The translations under genes and the position numbers were made by a program. 27,632 nucleotides of DNA from Chlamydiota bacterium (GTDB lineage: Bacteria; Auribacterota; JACPWU01), in the NCBI GenBank assembly GCA_016196885.1, contig JACPWU010000043.1:1-27632 (forward strand), given 5' to 3'. Shown in pieces: positions 22,265 through 27,632 of this stretch (position 1 is the first letter of the stretch; each line of letters begins with the position of its first letter). The notes beneath the pieces were generated by a model. That model did not search any database. It had not been told where the DNA came from and saw only the letters and a list, made by a program, of their open reading frames with translations.

Positions 22265-23201
22265 AATAAATATTTGCGCTATTACTTACGGCGATATTCC
22301 CTCAGGTGAGCACTATTCTCTGCAAGGATTAAAACTCCTTTCACCTCAACTCAAGAAACTTGAGCCGCTTCATTTGACGCTCGAAGAACAGCGTGAGGAA
22401 GCAGCGGCGCGTGCAGGAAAAATGTCGATTCAAGGGGTACAGGTTAAATTAAGCGCCAGGCTTGCCGTTTCGAGAGGCCAATTCAAGATTGTGGATCGAG
22501 GCGGTACTTATATTTTGAAACCTGCCCCAGCGGGTTATCGTGAAGTCCCGGAGAATGAAGATTTAACTATGCACCTTGCGAGAGCGGCGGGTATTCAAGT
22601 GCCCGTGCATGGATTGGTCTATGCCAAGGATGGAACACGAACCTATTTCATCAAACGGTTTGACCGCAGAAAAAGCAAGAAACTCTATCTTGAGGATTTT
22701 GGCCAGCTTCTTGGATTGGCGCGAGAAGTTAAATACGACACCTCGATGGAAGAATTTGCTGGGGCGGTTCAAAGATATGCCACGTTTCCTGCGCTTGAAT
22801 GCCGGGAGTTTTTTCTTCGGACGATTTTCTGCTTTCTCACGGGCAATGAGGATATGCACGCCAAAAATTTCTCTCTTTTCTCAGAAGATAATCATGTCTT
22901 CAAACTCGCCCCGGCCTATGACTTTTTAAATAGCACGATTGTCATGTCTGGGAAATCGAGGGAAGAACTTGCGGTGCCGCTCGCAGGGAAAAAATCAAAA
23001 TTGACACGTAACGATCTCATAAAATACTTTGGGCAAGAACGATTGGGTTTAGCTGAAAGAACCATCCAAAGCTGCCTCAAGCAGTTGCAAGACGCATTCC
23101 CAGAATGGGAGCGTCTCGTCCAGCGAAGTTTTTTAAGTGAGAAAATGAGAAAGGCATATTGGGATTTATTGACCGAGCGACGGGAGAGGTTGAAACTATG
23201 A
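22257..23201 (+). CDS. hipT: HipT-like Ser/Thr kinase toxin (HipA C-terminal kinase core)
   Basis: Gly-rich loop GKMSIQGVQVKLS (S57-I58-Q59), YILKP lysine, catalytic loop GNEDMHAKNFSL (D199/H201/K203/N204) and Mg-binding APAYDFLNS (D222). It overlaps hipS by 8 nt. Confidence 0.85.
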   Translation: MSKINICAITYGDIPSGEHYSLQGLKLLSPQLKKLEPLHLTLEEQREEAAARAGKMSIQGVQVKLSARLAVSRGQFKIVDRGGTYILKPAPAGYREVPENEDLTMHLARAAGIQVPVHGLVYAKDGTRTYFIKRFDRRKSKKLYLEDFGQLLGLAREVKYDTSMEEFAGAVQRYATFPALECREFFLRTIFCFLTGNEDMHAKNFSLFSEDNHVFKLAPAYDFLNSTIVMSGKSREELAVPLAGKKSKLTRNDLIKYFGQERLGLAERTIQSCLKQLQDAFPEWERLVQRSFLSEKMRKAYWDLLTERRERLKL

Positions 23202-25292
23202 AGAATGATCCTCAGCCCGAGAACCCTCATCAAATTGAATTTCTGAAACGGCAACGCTGACTTTACGCCCATCAGAACGCTTCCCTGCTCCTGGACTCAC
23301 ATCCAGGAAAACTGTATTGAGCCCTTTCTCAAAAATCAAAGGATTTAACACAATCTCTTTCACTTTTCCAGGTTCTACTTCAACTTCTGTTAAAACATGA
23401 TCACCTAGCCTGACCTTGACCTGTCTTCTTTGCTCAAAAGAAGTGAGCAAAAACTTCAACCTACATGTCAAGTGATCGTGACTTTTATTATAAAACACAA
23501 AACCTCCACTCCCCGCAAACCATTGCCAGGAATACTCCCCCAATCCCATTTCCGGAAGATAGGTATTTCCCGTAACCCATATCAAATCCTTGGGTTCAGC
23601 CATCACTTCAAAAATAGATGCATCCGGAAAATCCTGAACCAACTTCAGACCCAGGGCATTCATCATTCTGTGATATACATTCTTTCGATAATGCTCCTTA
23701 TGAACCACCGCATACTTCACCCCCAAGGTCGCCAAACGCGCCTCTACTTCTTCCTCCCAAAGATTTTGGTTTGAATTTAAGAGCCACGACGCCGGTTTCA
23801 TTTCAGGAGACCCATTCATTAAACGCTTTCCGTGAAAGCGCTGATTCGAGCGATATTGGTAGCTGCGTTCATCCATGCTTCGAAAGAGGGGATATTCGGC
23901 CACAATAAAATCACCCCGTTGTCTCTCTAGCCACTGATAAACGAGAGGGGCTGTCGAGACATCCACGTTGCGAACAGGTGGAACAAGGGTGTATTCACAG
24001 GCAAGAGCCCCGGAGAAGAAGATAAACCAAAGAATTTTACTTTTCTTTCGTGCCCTCTTCTTTAAAAATTCAGAAAGTCCAAAACCCGCCAAGACAGCCA
24101 CACAAAGAGAAACAAAAAAACCTGCGCGGCTATAATACCGAAACATGGGGAAAAACCGATAAAGCAAAGCACTCGGAGCAGGGAAGGCCCAACCTCCCCA
24201 ACCCACTTCTGGCGACAAAGAAAAAATCATCATCACCACCGCACAAAAAGTCATCGCTGAAATCACAAAAGACTTTTCCGGGTCGCATTTTTTTCTTTGA
24301 CGCCACCCTGCCACGAGACCATAAAGGGCCAAGAGGGAGGGGACCGCCCCCAGATAAAGGGTTCGATCCGAGAGGTGCCGACCGCCCAATCGATGAACCA
24401 CTCTTTGCGCCCACGAACCCAAAAATGGATTTAACTCGCTGGGAATAAAATAATCCCAAATCCTCGCGCTGTATTTGGAAACATCTCCGAATGAGCGCAG
24501 GAGACCCTCTTGTTGAGCCAAAGGCGAAACAGACGGGACATGAAGAAAGATGCTTGAAATAGTTTCATACGTAAAAGGAAGCATGATCAAGGCAGCTGTA
24601 AAAAAAATCCCAAACACACCGCAAAGCTTAGGCAAAACAAAGCCTTTACCTCTTTCAAATAAAATAAACCTCTGCAAGAGAAAGATCAGACTAAAGAAAG
24701 ATGTAAAATACCCTAAATACGGATCGGAGAGCCAAATCAAAGAAAAAAACAAACTGGTTAGGAGCGCCCTTAAAAATGAAGGCCCCTCCAAGAACCGCCA
24801 AAGGAATAAAATATAAAGCGGGATCCACTCCACGTGGGTGTAACTCAGATGTCCCGCCAAAGCTTGACAAATCAGATTTGGAGAAAAGCCGTAAATCACC
24901 CCCCCAAAAATAGCTCCTAAGGCACAACCCGTGACATTGCGCACCAGGACAAACATCGCAAAAGCTGAAAAAGAAATTCCCAAAAGAGTGAAAAGATTAT
25001 AAGCAACCCCCTCATGAAAGAATCGAGTTAAAACCAAAACCAGTCCATTAAAAAAAGGCATGATCTTTTCGATGCCAAACTCAGTCTCGACACCAAAAGG
25101 TGATCCCAAAAAAGGATTAAAACCGGGTTGGATACCTAGGGTGAATAAACTTTTACCCTTCCAAAATTCGTGGAGAACACCCAGGGTGTCTCCCGACCAA
25201 TCGCCCAAGCCAGGAATATGAGTTAAGATATTAGAAGGATGGGGAAAAATATAAATCCATGCCAACAAAAAAAATAAGATGAAGATATTCAA
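23196..25292 (-). CDS. Large polytopic membrane protein with soluble C-terminal domain (possible GT-C/YfhO-like envelope glycosyltransferase)
   Basis: About 12 hydrophobic helices over ~430 aa, then a ~260-aa hydrophilic domain. The TTG start at 25292 forms a TTGA overlap with the upstream gene's stop codon. The family was not recognised with certainty. Confidence 0.55.
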   Translation of the reverse strand: MNIFILFFLLAWIYIFPHPSNILTHIPGLGDWSGDTLGVLHEFWKGKSLFTLGIQPGFNPFLGSPFGVETEFGIEKIMPFFNGLVLVLTRFFHEGVAYNLFTLLGISFSAFAMFVLVRNVTGCALGAIFGGVIYGFSPNLICQALAGHLSYTHVEWIPLYILFLWRFLEGPSFLRALLTSLFFSLIWLSDPYLGYFTSFFSLIFLLQRFILFERGKGFVLPKLCGVFGIFFTAALIMLPFTYETISSIFLHVPSVSPLAQQEGLLRSFGDVSKYSARIWDYFIPSELNPFLGSWAQRVVHRLGGRHLSDRTLYLGAVPSLLALYGLVAGWRQRKKCDPEKSFVISAMTFCAVVMMIFSLSPEVGWGGWAFPAPSALLYRFFPMFRYYSRAGFFVSLCVAVLAGFGLSEFLKKRARKKSKILWFIFFSGALACEYTLVPPVRNVDVSTAPLVYQWLERQRGDFIVAEYPLFRSMDERSYQYRSNQRFHGKRLMNGSPEMKPASWLLNSNQNLWEEEVEARLATLGVKYAVVHKEHYRKNVYHRMMNALGLKLVQDFPDASIFEVMAEPKDLIWVTGNTYLPEMGLGEYSWQWFAGSGGFVFYNKSHDHLTCRLKFLLTSFEQRRQVKVRLGDHVLTEVEVEPGKVKEIVLNPLIFEKGLNTVFLDVSPGAGKRSDGRKVSVAVSEIQFDEGSRAEDHSS

Positions 25293-25990
25293 AGGCTATT
25301 CCTATCGTCCTCATCAGAATGTCGGATCGTTTGGACCAACTCAATCAATACGCCTATCCCTAAAACAAAATAGGCCCCACTGGCAAGTTTTTCTGCGAGC
25401 CATTCCCTCTTAAAAGATAAGAGGAAAGAACAACATCCCAGCAGAATCAGAAAGGTTATGATGAAAGGGGCTGAAGGCTTTTGGTCAAAATAAGCATGAA
25501 TTCGAGAAACGTTTATTTGAAGAGATGGAGAGAGCTCCCTATTCCAAAAAATCCTTTTGGTCAAGATGGAAAATCCTTTTAGAGCCCAAAGCCGCCAAAT
25601 GATCGTCACTGCCCATAAGGCAAAAAACAAAAACACAAAAAACGCCCCTAATGTAAATGGATGCCCCATCATCCACAAGGTCACTCCCACCATATAAAAA
25701 GCCGAAGAAAGGCCGAGGCTAAACCATCCTAATTCCTGTGGATATCCAAAAATAACCTTCAAACCAGAAATGAAATAATTTAAAAGAGCATACAAAGACA
25801 AGAAGAGGGTAGCATTTTCACCAAAATATTGCAAAACCTCAGAAGAAATAGATGGCACAGCAAGGAGAGGTCCCATGATATCGAAGAGGCACTTTGAAAA
25901 ATAGAAAGACAACGCACAGACAAGACCATCTGTAAAAAACAAGATGATCTTAGAAAAAGCCAAAGGTTTAACAAGATAAAAATTTTTCAT
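25289..25990 (-). CDS. Hypothetical integral membrane protein (about 6 TM)
   Basis: A long ORF with hydrophobic periodicity, translationally coupled to the downstream 698-aa membrane protein. No recognisable motif was found. Confidence 0.5.
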   Translation of the reverse strand: MKNFYLVKPLAFSKIILFFTDGLVCALSFYFSKCLFDIMGPLLAVPSISSEVLQYFGENATLFLSLYALLNYFISGLKVIFGYPQELGWFSLGLSSAFYMVGVTLWMMGHPFTLGAFFVFLFFALWAVTIIWRLWALKGFSILTKRIFWNRELSPSLQINVSRIHAYFDQKPSAPFIITFLILLGCCSFLLSFKREWLAEKLASGAYFVLGIGVLIELVQTIRHSDEDDRNSL

Positions 25991-26151
25991 AACATAGAGG
26001 AAGTTCCTATTAAAAGATACGTTTTAGAATATCAGAAATCAGGACCTTCTTAAATACTAAGGAGGCCATATCCCACCCTACATGAATAATATTTCTGGTT
26101 ACGGTTTTTAACCTTTTTATCCTTAGTACTGTCAGAATTTATGAATAGAAC

Positions 26152-27632
26152 TTAATGAACTGACCTGTAAGAAGGTTGCCTTCTTCTCATCCAACAAAAG
26201 CAACAGTAAACCCAACAACCGAATAAACTGATCCCCGAAATGATCATCCCCACTTCAAAAAACCTTTGCGGCTGAAATTCAAGAATGATTCTGAACGATT
26301 GATTCTGACTAACCTTCGAAGGATCAACCCACCATCCATTGGCATATCCATTGACCACAAAATGATCTTTCACTTTCACACGTCGCCCCCGATCTTTCCA
26401 AAAATTCCACAAAGCAGATCTTGATTCTTTAAAAGGCTCGTCTTTATAGATCGCGGGAGAGATTTCCGATTTTTTTACTTCCCTGACATAGGCCCTCCAT
26501 TGTCTATGGTAACTCTCGTTAAATACCAGAACAAACGGAGCCTTTGCCCCTTTAACATCAACCGCATAGCGCGTCGGATTAATCTTTTTAAACTCAAGAC
26601 TCGGTAACTCAGCCTCCTCTTCTTCAATCTTAGGATTTATCATGAACCAATCCAAATTAAGTTTTTCATTCTCAACAAATTTAAAAAGATGATCCCCCTC
26701 CTTCATCTGCAAGCGATCCAGGCGAAATTCAAAACATCCATCCCCAATCCGATCGACCTCCTTGGAACTGATTTCTAGGGGATCTTCATCCAAAAAAAGA
26801 AAATTCATGGGGTCTTTTTCACAACTCCAGTCCGCCCATTCCCTCTTGTATTGCGAAAGACGATACGCCTTTATTTGATATCGCCAGCTACTCCATTCTT
26901 GATCTGGTGCCATCAACTCCAGCCAATGCAACTCTCCTTCCAAACCCCCTTCCAAATTTATGTTCACAGCACCTCTTTGCCCACTCAAAGGAATAACACG
27001 AAAATTCTTTTCCAACACCTCCTCTTTTTCCCCAAAGCTTAACCCCATCACAATCTTAATAAAATCCTTCTCATAACCCTCTAAAACGATATCTAGATCT
27101 TTCTTGCCTAACACAGGTAACTCCCCCTGACTCACCCCAAAAGAAAACTCCTCATTTTGAGAAATATCGGACATGGATTCCACTGAAATAAGTTTTCCTT
27201 CCCTCTCATAGACATAGGAATCCTCTAACCCGCATTTCTCATCAGATTTCGTAGCGAGACCGCCAAGTCCACCTTGGATGCGAGGAAGACGACCGAGGCC
27301 ATGCGAGGCATACTTTACAGTATGTTGAGCGTGGCCGACCGAGTCTGACGACGCGGACGAGGCGGAATTGGCGGTCGTAGTAGAAATGTGATGAGAAATG
27401 CGGGTTAAACCTGATCTCTCCTGATTAACTTGAATGGCAGAAAGACGGTCCAACATCCCCATATCATACAACTCAAAAACATACTCCCCCCTCTTCCCCT
27501 TGGAACAATCCACTCCCCAAATCTTATGCGGTAAAATCTCTAACGAGGTGAGATAATAATGCTTCTCGCCAGGTAACACCTCTCGTGCCTTTCTCAAAAG
27601 GTCTACGATGAATGTATCCTTCTTGGCCGAAG
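26152..27632 (-). CDS. C-terminally TM-anchored envelope protein, probably 5'-truncated by the window edge
   Basis: The reading frame stays open from the TTG at 27597 to position 27632. The C-terminus (FVLVFNESYHRQWRAYV...DHFVVNGYANGWWVDP...ILEFQPQRFFEVGMIISGISLF) resembles the terminal beta-sandwich plus last TM of YfhO/AftD-type membrane glycosyltransferases. Confidence 0.55.
   Translation of the reverse strand, partial: SAKKDTFIVDLLRKAREVLPGEKHYYLTSLEILPHKIWGVDCSKGKRGEYVFELYDMGMLDRLSAIQVNQERSGLTRISHHISTTTANSASSASSDSVGHAQHTVKYASHGLGRLPRIQGGLGGLATKSDEKCGLEDSYVYEREGKLISVESMSDISQNEEFSFGVSQGELPVLGKKDLDIVLEGYEKDFIKIVMGLSFGEKEEVLEKNFRVIPLSGQRGAVNINLEGGLEGELHWLELMAPDQEWSSWRYQIKAYRLSQYKREWADWSCEKDPMNFLFLDEDPLEISSKEVDRIGDGCFEFRLDRLQMKEGDHLFKFVENEKLNLDWFMINPKIEEEEAELPSLEFKKINPTRYAVDVKGAKAPFVLVFNESYHRQWRAYVREVKKSEISPAIYKDEPFKESRSALWNFWKDRGRRVKVKDHFVVNGYANGWWVDPSKVSQNQSFRIILEFQPQRFFEVGMIISGISLFGCWVYCCFCWMRRRQPSYRSVH
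27226..27407. mobile_element. GC-rich 182-bp palindromic element embedded in frame inside a CDS (RPE-like)
   Basis: It has perfect 19-bp terminal inverted repeats: TAACCCGCATTTCTCATCA (27226-27244) and TGATGAGAAATGCGGGTTA (27389-27407). The interior is markedly more GC-rich than the flanks and is an imperfect palindrome centred on CATACTttacAGTATG (27309-27324). It translates without stops as LTRISHHISTTTANSASSASSDSVGHAQHTVKYASHGLGRLPRIQGGLGGLATKSDEKCGL. Confidence 0.6.

Noticed and set aside
30-24927. Many ORFs of 60-208 aa in the six-frame track lie antisense to, or out of frame within, the genes called above. Examples are 30-314, 443-652, 1921-2127, 2129-2467, 3163-3495, 4135-4383, 5653-6084, 6238-6702, 9429-9803, 10617-11114, 11224-11850, 13140-13562, 13566-13961, 15476-15766, 18075-18542, 18505-18891, 22576-22929, 22916-23272, 23430-23774, 24050-24448 and 24550-24816.
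   Set aside because: Each is fully nested in a longer ORF that carries recognisable family motifs. Their translations are compositionally biased (K/R/P/S-rich) or low-complexity with no motifs, as expected for shadow frames.
26000-26011. GAAGTTCCTATT, a 12-nt match to an FRT recombinase-site arm.
   Set aside because: No inverted partner arm (GTATAGGAACTTC-like) is nearby and no recombinase gene is present. It is most likely a chance match in an AT-rich spacer.
1-27632. Search by eye for tRNA, rRNA, tmRNA, riboswitch-like leaders, integrase/transposase genes and cas genes.
   Set aside because: None was recognised. The intergenic regions are short and are accounted for by the hairpins and repeats listed above. 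A covariance-model scan (tRNAscan-SE or Infernal) would be needed to exclude small RNAs formally.

Overview
This 27.6-kb window comes from an AT-leaning bacterium that is probably diderm. The taxon cannot be assigned from sequence alone. I support about 26 protein genes and saw no rRNA, tRNA or CRISPR array.

Gene order:
- 3-317 (+): a 7Fe-type ferredoxin.
- 15234 down to 415 (-): one long co-directional array, tightly packed with several ATGA/TTGA start-stop overlaps. In transcription order it holds a SAM methyltransferase, a GT4 glycosyltransferase, a second SAM methyltransferase, a PAS/HisKA_3 histidine kinase, a NarL-type response regulator, a VTC-domain protein, a DUF4956 membrane protein, a 975-aa CotH-kinase protein, an SDR sugar epimerase/dehydratase, and a tripartite ABC efflux set (HlyD adaptor, ATPase, two separate FtsX permeases).
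- 15424-20505: two large polytopic membrane proteins that converge and overlap by 50 nt (the first has a GT-C/ArnT-PMT-like loop motif), plus a DegT-type aminotransferase.
- 20596-23201: two divergently arranged toxin-antitoxin modules, MNT/HEPN and a split-kinase HipB-HipS-HipT.
- 23196-27632 (-): more polytopic or anchored envelope proteins. The last ORF is still open at the window edge.

Most notable observations:
1. The translationally coupled VTC / DUF4956 / CotH cassette lies directly downstream of a two-component pair, with direct repeats in its promoter. It is a candidate membrane polyphosphate system with no characterised function that I know of.
2. There are several families of non-coding palindromic elements:
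   - a GC-rich 182-bp palindrome with perfect 19-bp termini sits in frame inside a CDS (27226-27407), and a shorter intergenic relative (15237-15302) shares its terminal 11-mer;
   - a 139-bp MITE-like element is flanked by an 11-bp direct duplication (1671-1831);
   - unusual hairpins are built from tandem degenerate heptamers (329-397, 1631-1861, 4963-5083).

All functional calls rest on motifs read from the translations. No database search was run.
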